Source: Felis catus (taxonomy: Eukaryota). From it: a DNA stretch of 64,000 nucleotides. Positions 1 to 12,957 of this stretch are shown piece by piece (the stretch's first letter is position 1; each line of letters starts with the position of its first letter). Where the stretch lies: assembly GCF_018350175.1 (NCBI RefSeq), contig NC_058373.1, forward strand, positions 134,416,001-134,480,000, given 5' to 3'. A model generated the notes under the pieces. It did no database searches and was not told where the DNA came from. It saw nothing but the letters and a program-made list of their open reading frames with translations. The position numbers and the translations under genes were made by a program.

Positions 1-1184
1 GCACACAAGTAGGGCCGATACGGGATCAGACGCAGTAATGCTTGTCAAATACTCCGTGCACGGTGCCTGAGGCCCAGTGAGATAGGGGCATTCCCTCATG
101 CCCCTGTGGTCAGCCCAGCACTCCCCAGGCATCCAGCCACCAAGCAACAGGCCAACACTCGTTTCCAGGGGGCCTCCTTGACCCCCAACAACCAAATGCC
201 AGAGGTGCGGGGCGGGGGGGGGGGGGGGGGGGGGGAGGGGAGGCGGAATCAAACCAACCACCGGCTCCTCCCCGCTGCACTCAGATCGCAGTACCCAATG
301 CATCTCTCCGGAACCCAGAGCAACAGAAAGCCAGTCCGGAGGTGTCCTCAGGACGGGGACAGGGGCACTCCACACCGGGCAGGTGGACCTCCTGCTCACT
401 CAGCCAAGATCGCCCCCTCACTAAACTCCACCTGTTCGCCCCGTCCCACTGCCATCAGCTCGGCTCCCTAGAACACCTGCCCTTTCTTCACCTGCCTCCA
501 GGTGTGTGGTGATCGGTACAAACATCAGGTCTGTCTGCCCTGTTTTTACCTATGTACCGAATTTTATCAGCACTCCTTAGAAGCCGTTAAAAAACATGGA
601 GAAACACAAAGTCCCAAGTGTAAACAGACAATATATGTCCCAGGTTCTTACTCAGTTCCCCGAATTTTAACGTTCCCCACTCACGACACGACATCCAAAT
701 TCCCACATGGACCACTGGAGGCAGGGCCTCCGTCTGCCCTTTCACGGTATTGTCTGAGGCAGGGGCCACCATCACCCCCTCCTGAGCACCCGTTTCCCAC
801 CCCCCCCCCCCCCGCACCGCTGCGTCTCTCTGTGAGTTTCCCTGCCTTTATTTCCTTCCCCGTCAAGGCAGAGGCCCTACAGGCAGGCAGACACATTTCA
901 ATGCATCCTCCGTACTGACGGCAAAATGCAGACACTGTAAATCAATCCTCAGTTTTCTCCCATGAAAACATGTTTAGCAGTGGCCGCTGAACCCTGTGGG
1001 CCACCATGAGGCTTACACGTGGTGATGTAGTTGGAGCTTAACCATTCCTAGCATGCGGAAAAAGCTTCATAAATACAGTTATAACTGCTCTTTAACACCT
1101 TACTGTGCACCTACTCTGGGCCAGGCAGTTAAGTATTTTCAGCTTTTCAGGTCATAAATTTGTCACAACCATCCAACCCTGCAG

Positions 1185-1320
1185 GTGAACCAAACGCAGC
1201 CACAGAAAAATGCATCAACGGACGGATGCCGTTGTGCTCCAGTAAAATTTTATACTTACAAGGTGGATGGGGGCCAGGTCTAACCCCTAGATGGACTGTG
1301 GTTTGGCCATCGCCAAGCTA
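1185..1320 (+). mobile_element. MER58-like relic (3' part)
   Basis: GCAGCCACAGAAAAATGCATCAACGGACGG...GTGCTCCAGTAAAATTTTAT resembles the copy at 11583. Confidence 0.6.
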
Positions 1321-1759
1321 CACAACATGCTCAAAGTCAGTCAGGCCCGGACCTGGGCTTCAAGGAACTCCCAGTGTGGGCAGGAAACAGGAAAACACAC
1401 ATCACAGCACCATGTGAGGAGCACTGCCCGGGGTCACATGAAGCACTGCCTGGGGCCTGCAGGAGGTGAAGTGCGAAGCAGAAGGCTGGGGGACGCAGAG
1501 GGATGTGGACAAGGACAGACAGAGGCAGAATGGCCAGTTTGGATACCCGTGGAAGACATCCTGTGTGTAGGCTGTGGGGTCACATGAGCAACGACAGACA
1601 AGGCCGGTAGGGCAGAGACCCTCACTCCCCCTTCCACCTGCCCTGGACAGTGGCAGGGACGTGCCGGCAGGTGGGAAAATGGGCTCTGGAGGATGGGGAG
1701 CATCTGGGGCTGGGTGGACTGATCATGAACCCAGCTCCTAATTGCCTTGCCAACAGCAT

Positions 1760-1767
1760 CCCCCCCC

Positions 1768-1806
<39 letters not shown>
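1760..1806. repeat. Poly-C tract (C8-T-C38)
   Basis: Read directly. Other G/C homopolymers lie at 214-235 (G22) and 800-813 (C14). Confidence 0.9.
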
Positions 1807-2956
1807 ACACTGTACGGTCAAGCTCCCAGGGCTTGCTAGGATCAGCTCACTGGAAACCAGCTCCTATAGGGCACAATGCCCTTTTACAGAACACCCAGCA
1901 AGGGGGGTGGCAGCTAGGACTGTGCCCTGCTAGGTCTCTGCCTCTCAGACTGTTTACTTTGGGGCCAGCACTGCCTAGGAAGCCATAAATCCCACATAGG
2001 AGCAAGGACAAGGCCTGTCTTACCTCCACCCCACACAGATGCACATGGCACTGAAGCACCTGTCCTCTGCTGCTGGAAATTTCAGCCAAATCCAAATCAC
2101 AGGACAAGAGGAACGTCCGGGCAGCCTCTCTGCCTCTGTCCTCCTCCCACAAGGCTCACTGGCAGCAGCGAGGAGGGACAAGTGCTTGCAAAGAAGCCAA
2201 GGACCACCCGGTGCACCGGCCCCATGCTTCCCGCCGTTCCCAGGGATGGCCACACCACTCTCCGTCCTGTAGTGTGAACCCTCAGGTAAACTACACCGGG
2301 AGGCACGGAAAAGCTGCCAGAAGCTTCACGGTAAAACATGGAAATTTGTGGTCCATATTTTTCTAACCAAAATTAACTTTGCCCTTGTCCTGAACCCCAA
2401 GGCCTTTTATCTTTTCCTCCCATGAGGCACGAGCACACACTGCCTCCCATGATAGGCCCTCCCATGATAGGCGTTAATGTGTCTCTCAGCGGGGAGACTC
2501 AACAGGCTCTCGGGGAGGGCACCTGGGCCGCCTGCCACTCTCCTGCCACTCTCCGTGTCTGGAAGAGCGTCCCCCACAGGGAAGGTGTCCACAATGTGAG
2601 CTGGCACGAACGTGTCAATCCTGTTCCTCTCTCTGCCCTCCTGACCATCACACCTACCACTACCCCACTCTCCAAGAGAAAAAAGCTCTAGATTCTTCCC
2701 GTCCTTTTCTCCAGATCAAGTCTTTTTATTGCTGAGTGATGGGGTTTTCCCTGACTTGTGGGGTGATTACCAAGTGCCTTGTGTGTGCCAGGCCCTGGCC
2801 ACGCCGTCATATTAAGACCTAGTCCCTGCGCTCAGGGGCTCGAGTTCCATACAAGCAGCCTCAGGCCAAGGTCCACCCACAGACTAGCCGTCAGCCTTGC
2901 CAACCCCACCTCTTGCAGAGAAAAGCCAGCAGTCGGAGGAAAGTACCCTGTTCATG

Positions 2957-3110
2957 ACTGTGGTCCTCACGCTTGGCAATGCTGAAAAACCATCTGCAAG
3001 AGAGCATTCAGAACACACATTTCTGGGGCCCAGGAATCTGCATTTTGAACAGGCATGCTGGACTCAAATACAGGTGGATACAGACCACCTCTTGAGAAAT
3101 GGAGATCTAA
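2957..3110 (+). mobile_element. MER5A-like relic
   Basis: GGGGCCCAGGAATCTGCATTTTGAACAGGC...GACCACCTCTTGAGAAA. Confidence 0.65.
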
Positions 3111-3926
3111 CACATGGGGCTGTTCAGTATTTTAAACTATTAAGCTGATGTTAATCATGTATGAGCTTATTCAAAAGGGTTAACATCCACTGCTATCTTT
3201 TTACCTTCCACCGCCCCCCTATATTTTATCATGGAAATTTTAAAGCCTACTAGAACGTTGAAATAAATATTCTGAACACCATACACATATCACCAGGATT
3301 CTGTAATTAGTGTTTTGCTCTATTTGCTTTGTCACATATCCCCCCATCTCTCTGTTGTTAGTTTTTGGATGTGTAAACATCGTAATTGGGTCTTTCCCAA
3401 TCTAAGGTTTTATCACATGCAGGTCAATCTCCATTCACAGACACATCTCTGCATGGTACTGCATACTTCTAATTACTTAGAAATTATTCAAGAATCTTGG
3501 GGTGAATCCCTTGGAGGTGTGCATCACTGCACCCTGGAAAATCTGGTTTTACGTACAAAGCTGGGCAACGTTGTTTTCTGAAACACAAACATGGGCCAAA
3601 AAAAACACACCCGTGCATCAAGGTAGCGCTTCTCCTTGACACAAAGCACCAGAAGGACTGAGCGGCCCAGGCCCGGGCCCCTACGTCTGGGGACAGGCAG
3701 CCCACCTCAATCCCTGCAGGCCCCAAGTACTACTGGCTCGCATCCCAAAGCAACCTGTCCTGAGGTCTCTAAGCAGCATTCTAGGTTAACTTCCAACATA
3801 CCCCAGTGTGCCCTGGTAGGCAGCAGGCCAGGGGAAGCCTGCACAGGGGTCTGAGAAGGCAGGGGCTCTACTGCAGCCCAGCAGCAACAAGCTCTATAAA
3901 CGCTGATCAAAGAAAACCCCAGATAT

Positions 3927-4155
3927 GGGGCACCTGGGAGGCTCAGCAGGTTGAGCGTCCAGCTTTGGCTCAGGTCATGATCTCGAGGTTAGGGAGTTTG
4001 AGGGCCAAATCGGGCTCACTGCTATCAGTACAGAACCCGCTTCAGATCCTATGTCCCCCTCACTATGCCCCTTCCCTGCTTGCATGCTCCCAAAATTAAA
4101 TAAATACTGAAAAATAGAAAAAAAGAAAGAAAAAAGAAAAAAAAAAGAAAAAAAA
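3927..4155 (+). mobile_element. Can-SINE (tRNA-derived carnivore SINE), diverged copy
   Basis: GGGGCACCTGGGAGGCTCAG head, GCTCAGGTCATGATCTC core and long A-rich tail; degenerate TSD aaaaccccagata / aaaactccggata. Confidence 0.92.
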
Positions 4156-6419
4156 CTCCGGATACAATTGTTTCAGCAAATGCTCATCCACCACCACCCA
4201 TGGGCCAGACACTGGTCCAGATGCTGAGCACATACCCACAAACAAAGCAGAGTCCCCGTTCTGGGGCCCATGCCACTGGGAGTCACGGAAGCTGCAGCAG
4301 AATGGACCCTGGGCAGTCCATCCAACCTCCCCAAGCTTAGCTCGTCCTCAGGGCTGCTTTGAGAAATGAATGAGAACACACAGATGTTGCTCAAGTAACG
4401 CTCAGCAGCTTGCAGCCTTGTGGCCAGGAGAGGGAGGAAGCTCACCAGGCTGGAGATGGGCCCATCCTGGCTGATAAGAGGGTGTATGGGTCCCAGGTGG
4501 GCCCATCTGGCTGGCAGACTTCCACAGTCCATGGCATCCTGTTGCCCCTTCTGGTCCGTTCCCCACCTGGCAACCCAAAATGTGCTTTCTGAAATCCAAA
4601 CCATGCCATGCCCCTCACTAAAACGCTTCCTGAGGATGCCATGCACCTTCCATGGCTGGAGTCTTTGGGCCCCTCCAGACAGCGAGAAAGGCTGATGTGA
4701 CTACTTGAGATCTAAGGATGAGTGCCCAAGTGCTCCTGTCCACTGAACCCTGTCATCAGGGGCATCCCAGCACAGCAAGACTCATCCTCTCAATAGTGGC
4801 CTGGACTCCGTGGACCATGCCCAATTCATCAGCCAGCCTGGGCGGCAAAGGGTCTGCAAACCCATGCGTGTCCCTGCCTGCCCCAAAGTAAACACCTCAT
4901 GCAGACACATACCATTTCTCTTGTGGTGAATAAAAACTAAAGTAAAATTCAAGGCATTACCAAGCTCCCAGTAACTTTTCACTATGCAATTAATCAATAT
5001 GAAAAATGTTGCTGTTACTACACAGAGGCATGAAATTTGAAAATTTGAGAAGTCTGAGAAAAGGGGGGTCCTGGGAGAAACCCTAAAAGTCGGGAAGTTC
5101 TGTGAATGCAGGGCATGCATCATCTTGGGTTTAGATCCCTAGCTGCTGGTGCAGACCTTGGTACCACACAGGCGCTAAGTCACCGTGTCTGGATGACCGT
5201 GTGAGGCTGCCTGGACAGGGCCAGGGGTGCACACAGAGACAGAGACTGGATCCCGATGCCCACCTGCTCCATGGGACAGACCTGGGGTGAGGTGTGGGAG
5301 CCACACTCTGCCTGTGATCCCATCTGGGGGCTGCGGAAGGCCTGCACTGTTTAGAAGGGGCTGCTGGGGCAGCACTCTGGGGAAACGTGCGGGACCCCCC
5401 CGATTCTCTCAACTGTGGCATTTCTAGTAAGTGATAAAAGGCCCCGGTATATGCCCGTGTCCCAGAACCTGTCTGTGCTGGGGATTTATGCCTTTCAAAT
5501 TCAGCGGGGCCAGTGGACCATTTCCAGGACAAAGCCAGAGGTGGTCTCCCACCCCCCACCTCTTGCACCCCAAAGCCACAGTACCAAAGGTGCCTTCTCT
5601 GCAGGAGGTAGGGCGTCACATTCCTCGGGGAACAGACACTTCTAGGGTAACAAATGGGCCCGGCACCACAGCCTTCCCCACCACCTCCCGTGGCCCGTGG
5701 GCAGGGCCTGCCTGTAGCAGCAGAGCGCGTCCGGGTGTTCAGCCAAACAGCCTTCCCCAAGCTGGCCTGCCAGCAGCATGGCTGGGAGAAGGATACCATG
5801 CCCCCCAGACTCATGTTTGGTCCCCTCAAAAGCCTCCTGAATGGCAACTGGAAATCTTTCTTACCAAACAAGCCCGGTTGGTACAGGCTGACATCCTGAT
5901 TTCACCATCTCATTAAAACTACCTCCAGACCCCACCTTGGGATTGTTGATAGGGGCAAAGTCCCCAAATCCTTGGGAAAGTGGGTCCTGGAACCCGTGGC
6001 TGACATGAGGCAGTCAGGGCGAGCAGTTGAAGCACCGGTAACCCCACTTGGGTCTCGGTTTCCAGTCCCCTGTTAGCCCTGACGCCCTCCCCTGCATCCT
6101 CCCAGAACCTGGGGATCAGAGTGGGCTCCACGACTGAGGACTTCCTATGGGACTTGCCCGAGTGACAGGTATTTTTTGTCTTTCATCTGGAAAAACTCAT
6201 GAAGTGGTATGATTATTTCTATTTTATGGACGAAGAAACTAATTCCCTGTAAGAGTTAGCCACAGAAACTGCAAGAAGTAGGAAAAAATAAATAAAAATC
6301 CACAAATTGAAGGTCATCACTGTGGCAGGAAGCAGGAAAAGGAAAAATCCTAAAAGGAGTCTGAGCTCTTCATTATAGAACCACGTTCCCTCCCCTCCCT
6401 CACCCATGTGACACCTCTA

Positions 6420-6881
<462 letters not shown>

Positions 6882-7021
6882 TCACGAAGACACAGGGTCG
6901 TCCCCCCACAGCAGTTCTCAGGACAGCTGGCTGTCAGGCAGCGTCACTCTGAGCAGACAGAAACAGAGGCCTTTGCCGGAAGCTCCTGATGCTGGTTTCC
7001 TGAGCCTCTGGGCCACAGTCA

Positions 7022-7201
<180 letters not shown>

Positions 7202-7895
7202 TCAGCCAGCACCCCGAGCGGCCCCCCACCTCATGAGACCACAGCAGGGAGTGGGACGGCGGCTTCTGGGAGGGAGGAGGGCAGTGTGCGTACGGGGCTT
7301 ACAAAAATGTTCCTGACTTGCATTCTCTTCTGCTTTTAACTTTTCAAAGCCTGCTCTCAAACTCCACCCACCAGACACTGGGTTTCCCTGTGAGGGTGCG
7401 GGGCAGGGGGAGAGGTAAGGAGGCTCCCGCCACAGGTGCACTCCCCACCGCCAGGCAGGCAGGCTGTAAGGGGGAGGAGGGCAGCTCCCCAGATGGGGCA
7501 CAGGGACATTCTCCTGCTGCAGGAAAAGAGGCGACAACAGGTTCACCGGGTGGCAGGGTGGGGTGGCGGCGTGGGGGTGGGGTGGGGTTGCATCCTCCCT
7601 CTAGCCAAGAAAACATGCCAGTAGGTGATCAGTCCTGCCCCAAACTGGACAAGTGTGGACAAGAGGCTATCTGCAGACCATCTGTAACCCGGGCCGGTTG
7701 GAGCCCTAAAGATCTGGTAGAACCCCTCCCCGTGCAGGCCCGGACAGGGAGGGGACTAGTCCACGTTCAAACAGCGAGCGAGCCTGGGGCAGCGGGCTCT
7801 GGGGCCCGGGTCGGAGGGCTCCGGTTGGCCGCACCACACGACAGACCACCCGAAAGCAGAAAGACAGCCCGGCCCGGGGGCCCCTGCAGGACTCA

Positions 7896-8294
<399 letters not shown>

Positions 8295-8334
8295 CTACGG
8301 ACTTCTCCTCCCGCAGGTGTGTGCGGCCACGCAC

Positions 8335-8475
8335 CTCCGTGCACTCGTCACGCTCATCTATGAGCCTCCTGAGGTGAAACACCATGTTCCTCGAGAGGGC
8401 CTCCAGCTCCTCCGGGGCCACGTCCGGGAGTTCCAGCCACTGCAGGTCAAACACGTTCTCCTGGTTGTGGGTCAC
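8335..8475 (-). CDS. CCDC88C: CCDC88C exon 7 (141 nt, phase 0 to 0): [47 protein letters not shown]
   Basis: cccacag|GTGACC...ACGGAG|gtgcgt; lies within ORF 7756..8562(-). Confidence 0.97.
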
Positions 8476-8707
8476 CTGTGGGCACATAGGCAGGCGCTGC
8501 AGAGGCCGGCAGGGGCATCCGCCTCCCCGCGCTAGGCCGGGCGGCAGGGTCGTGGCTGACACGTTCCACTGACATTATCAACCCGTCACTGACACATCTA
8601 CTGCACCAAGGGGGCCGCATGAGTAAGTGCAAACTCCCTTCAACCAAGCTCTGGTGCAAAACACTCCTGCTTTCAACACCGGCTCAGAGAACACCTGGAG
8701 TCTTAGA

Positions 8708-8931
8708 TTTTTTTTTTTTAATGTTTATTTTTGAGAGAGAGAGAGAGACAGAGACAGAGTATGAGCGGGGGAGAGGCAGAGAGAGAGGGAGACACAGAAT
8801 CCGAAGCAGGCTCTAGGCTCCAAGCTGTCAGCACAGAGGCCAACATGGGGCTCAAACTCAGGAACCGTGAGATCATGACCTGGGCCGAAGTCAGACACTT
8901 AGCTTAACCGACTGAACCACCCAGGCGGGCC
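8708..8931 (-). mobile_element. SINEC_Fc-type Can-SINE
   Basis: Poly-T, (GA)n and the GACACAGAATCCGAAGCAGGCTC...GCTGTCAGCACAGAG body; near-TSD cacctggagtctt / cacctggattctt. Confidence 0.95.
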
Positions 8932-10966
8932 AAGCACCTGGATTCTTTAATGCCAGAAAGCTCTCCTACAATACAGTATTTCCCTAAACAGTCCTCAAAT
9001 ATGGTTGTTGTAAGCTGTCAATTTACAACTCAAGAAAGGGAAGCCTCAGGGGCTGGGAGGGTCCCTCAGGAGGGGGACCTTGTGTTACTACTTCAAATCC
9101 AATGTGAATACGGCAAATGTTACATAAAAGTCTTATGTCAGAATATGGGGCACATAACAATCTTATTTCGGGGGAAGATATTTCATAATCTAAAACAATT
9201 TTCAGTAAGCCTGAATCTCATTCCTCACGTAAAATCATCTGGTTTTTCCCTTTCCGCCAGGTGTGAGTGGAGACCCACAGCGATGTCCGCACACAGCAGC
9301 CTCTCCATGGATCGTAACAGTCTGACCTTCTCACCACCCCCCAGCCCCAGACCTACCGAGGGGGCAGATGATCTATTTGGAGCACCTGATAGCTCAGTTT
9401 GGGAAGTGAAGTATTCGCGTACTCAGGCCTCAACAAGGGAAAACAGAAAGAAGCCAGAGCTATCCGTTCAGTGAGGCGCACCAAAAGAAGTTCTTAAATT
9501 TTTCAGAGCAGTAAACAGAAACAGAAGATAGTTGAACAAAACAAAAGACAGGGCCCTTTAGTTTCTCAAAAGGCCTTTCTTACCTCTCCCCTCCTGACAA
9601 AGGAAAAGCTAAGATTCAGCTGATCCTAAGGAATCAGGAGAACCTTATCCCATGGTACAGGGTACCTTAAACTCTCAGAACTGGGAGCACAGGCTGGATG
9701 GGTGCTAGGTCTGCCCACAGAGGAGAAAAGGGGAGCAGGGGCTCAACCCCAGTGCACATCAGTCACCCTAACCCTAACCCTCATCCCCTAGTTCGGACTC
9801 AGCAGGCCTCTTGTGGGGTCTGGACACTGAACGTTTAAGCAGCACCCAACTAATTGTGAAGCCCAGTCCCCATAGCCAGCCACCAAATGACATGCATGCA
9901 AGACTCCTTTTTGGCCACATTTGACCTTCTCTTTCTCTGATATTCTGCTGTCTGAGCAGGAAAGGTGGTCAGTGGCAAAAAACAAACAAACAAACAAACA
10001 CTGCTGGCCTCAAGGACCCAGTCCCCAGATAAATACAATTTTCAAATTAAAAGCAGAATGGTTCTTAGGCTAACAGCTGGTCTGCCCCTGATAAGGATGG
10101 TTGAGAATATCTGCGACACTACTGACTTTCCCTGATGGACCCCCCACCGGCCAAGAACTGCATCTGTCTCCTGCTTCAAATCCCATCTCAGAACTCATGC
10201 CCCCAACGCTCCGACAGTGCCCTGGGCAGCTGTGGAAGCCCGGGAGCCCAGGAGCAGCCTGTCCCTGGTGCCAGCAGCAGGAGCTCTGCCTTCACTGACC
10301 CTGTCAGTTATATACCTGCTCCTACGAGCTCCTGGTTATGTCTTTTATATTTAATACATCTGTCCAATTACACTGAAGGCTGAACCTTAAGTCCTGAGGT
10401 AACTGAAGAATTGTGGTGTAAGGGTGGGGTGGAGATCAGGGAAGAAAATTTTCAGGTGAGCACCTGCCTCTCTCTACAGGCTCGTTTTCCAGGGAAACCC
10501 CCTCCCACCAAGGTCAATGGCAGAGAGGCTGCTCTCAGTGCAGAGCCCTCCTGACCCCATCCCGGACGCTCGGTCTCTGGAGACAGCCCTCTGGGACTTG
10601 CTGGTTTTTAACTTCTCAAGTGGCGGCGGCTTGTCTCTCTGCCATGTTACTGACAGAAGCAGAGAATCTCTTTCTATAAAGATCAACCATTCAAAACAGG
10701 GTGACATTTGCCAGAATACATTTTCAGGGTCTGTAAATCAAATTCTGAGCCTAAATCACTTGACAGCTCTTAAAAATAGTCTGAGTCCATATTAGGCAAG
10801 AAGAGGAGGCAAAAGATGACTTGATTGAGGGCTTAAAAAAATTTTTTTTTATTTTTACCCCATTTTATTTTAGCTCGCTGATGGTTACCTTTCCAAATAG
10901 AATACATTTGTCTGTGGTGTCTGAAACCTAAGATCAGCAAGAATATTGATGGGTGACATATTCTTA

Positions 10967-11197
<231 letters not shown>

Positions 11198-11394
11198 CTA
11201 CAGAAGTACAAACTATCCACCCAAGCCCTGGCTTTCTCCTTTATACCCCAGAATGCTCTTGTCCCCTTACCAGCCCTTACACTGAGGTTTCTCTAGAAGT
11301 TGCTCTGACTACCTAGATCAGACCTATAGCAGATTTTTAAAAAGCACATCCCAGGCTGAAAACACTGGCGGTAGAATGCTGAAATCTGCACTTT

Positions 11395-11510
11395 ATTATT
11401 TTAAGTAGGTTTCATGTCCAGCGTGGGGTTTGGACTCAGAACCCTGAGATCAAGACCTGAGCTGAGATCAAGAGTCAAATGCTTAACCCACTGAGCCACC
11501 CAGGAGCCCC
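11395..11510 (-). mobile_element. Short, older-type Can-SINE inserted in a MER5-like relic
   Basis: Head reverse complement ...GAGCCACCCAGGAGCCCC, no CT tract; TSD tgaaatctgcacttt (11380-11394) / tgaaatgtgcacttt (11511-11525). Confidence 0.9.
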
Positions 11511-11582
11511 TGAAATGTGCACTTTGGACAATCTCTCCAGATGATTCCTAAACCGGTAAAGAACAAGAACACCTGGTCTAGG

Positions 11583-11773
11583 CCAGGGGCTGGCAAACTT
11601 CATTGGTAAAAGGCCAGATGGTTTAAAAAAAAAATTCTCAGACCCAGTGGGCCATGCCCCACAGATAATATGTAAAGGAATCAGCATGGCCGTGTTCCCA
11701 TAAAACTTCATTTACAAAAATAGGTGGCAGGTCAATTTGGCCCCCAGGCTGCAGTTTACTGATCTTGTTCTAG
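11583..11773 (+). mobile_element. MER58-like hAT-Charlie DNA transposon relic
   Basis: Begins CAGGGGCTGGCAAACT, contains GTTCCCATAAAACTTCATTTACAAAAATAGGTGGCAGG, and ends GCAGTTTACTGATCTTG (degenerate TIR). Family recognised from memory of the consensus. Confidence 0.75.
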
Positions 11774-12007
11774 ATGTTCCCATACGGGGCAGTCTACTCA
11801 TGGCGTCTTGGTCCGTGGGATCCCCACCTGCTCTCTTGCACAGGGTGCTCTGTGTGAGAAATCAGTGCCATCCAAGATGGTGGCCACTGTCTCTCAGGCA
11901 ACCAATGGTTTTACTCCCACCTCAATTCAGGGGGCGTTTGATCCGCACAACTCCAAACACAAGATGGCTAAGAGCAGGCCCTCCCCACTGCATGTCCGGA
12001 TCCCTAC

Positions 12008-12066
12008 CTGGACGGCACAGCCCAGCACCAGCAGCAGCACCTTCTTTATTTCTTCCATGCTCTTCC
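12008..12066 (-). CDS. CCDC88C: CCDC88C exon 5 (59 nt, phase 1 to 0): (G)KSMEEIKKVLLLVLGCAVQ
   Basis: Minus strand reads ctcttttggtttag|GGAAGAGCATGG...GCCGTCCAG|gtaggg. Contains the Hook-family LLLxLGCAVQ motif, and its phase matches exon 4. Confidence 0.96.
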
Positions 12067-12785
12067 CTAAACCAAAAGAGCAAGATAAATGTAATTAAGC
12101 TCAACTGTTCATAAAATTTCACCACTTATCTGCATGTGCTGTAGGGGAGGCGGGGGTGGAGGGGATCAAGCTAGAAAGCTAGAGAAAAAGTACTCTTTCA
12201 ACCCAGCGATATCCATGTAGGTGTGCACAGTCCATCTGTTTTCTATGTATGGGTTTATTTTTTTGAACCAAATGAGAATTCCATATATGACTATTTGTGG
12301 CCCTTTTCCATTCAGATAGCATAAATATCCTCTCATGATAACGAAGGAACTTCAGAACCAGCAGCTCTTTTCAGTGTGTGGGAAGCAAAGTACAATGGGA
12401 GAGAGTAATCCCCACGGGAAATACGGAGTCCTCCAAAACACGGCCGTACGCAACTTTACTTTTCTACCATGCAAAGAACGTCCAGGAGCCAGAGAAACAA
12501 ACTGCCACACTCACAGCCTGGCTTCACATTATGGAGTGTTTATGCATCGGTTTGGTCCGCCCCCCCCCACCCACATTCGACTAGAATAGTCTAAAGCAAA
12601 TTCCTAACATACATGTGGCATTTTTGATGGTCTCATCTTTACTTTGTACAAAGACCACAAACTTATTCAACCAATCTTCTTGGAGAGGTTCAAGTTTTTG
12701 ATACTCTAATCTAAATAATGTGATAGAGAACATCTTAGTGGCTAATTCTTTATACACATACTTACATCTTTCATTTAAAAAAAAA

Positions 12786-12885
12786 TTTCTTTAAAGTTTA
12801 TTTTGGGGGGGGGAGGGAGAGAGGGAGAGAATCCCAAACAGGTATGATGCTGTCAGTATGGAGCCTGATGCGGGGCTCGATCTCA
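12786..12885 (-). mobile_element. Can-SINE, 3' half only
   Basis: TTTATTTT, G/GA tract, GAATCCCAAACAGG...GGGGCTCGATCTCA; the tRNA-like head is missing. Confidence 0.85.
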
Positions 12886-12957
12886 TTTTTTTTATGAAAT
12901 TTATTGTCAAATTGGTTTCCATACAACACCCAGTGCTCATCCCAAAAGGTGCCCTCC
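12886..12957 (-). mobile_element. Feline L1 (L1_Fc-like) extreme 3' end, about 70 nt
   Basis: T8 then ATGAAATTTATTGTCAAATTGGTTTCCATACAACACCCAGTGCTCATCCCAAAAGGTGCCCTC; differs at 2 positions from the copy at about 56626. Confidence 0.9.

Noticed and set aside
1434-1988. Poly-Pro and poly-Gly ORFs resembling formin-like proteins
   Set aside because: They are translations of the C homopolymer at 1760-1806.
5131-5871. 246-aa minus-strand ORF in intron 10 as a further exon
   Set aside because: It does not contain the expected continuation (ELREDNIILIE..., from memory of human Daple) and has no coiled-coil character.
9766-9781. (CCCTAA)2-CCCT as an interstitial telomeric sequence
   Set aside because: Fewer than three units, so it cannot be distinguished from chance.
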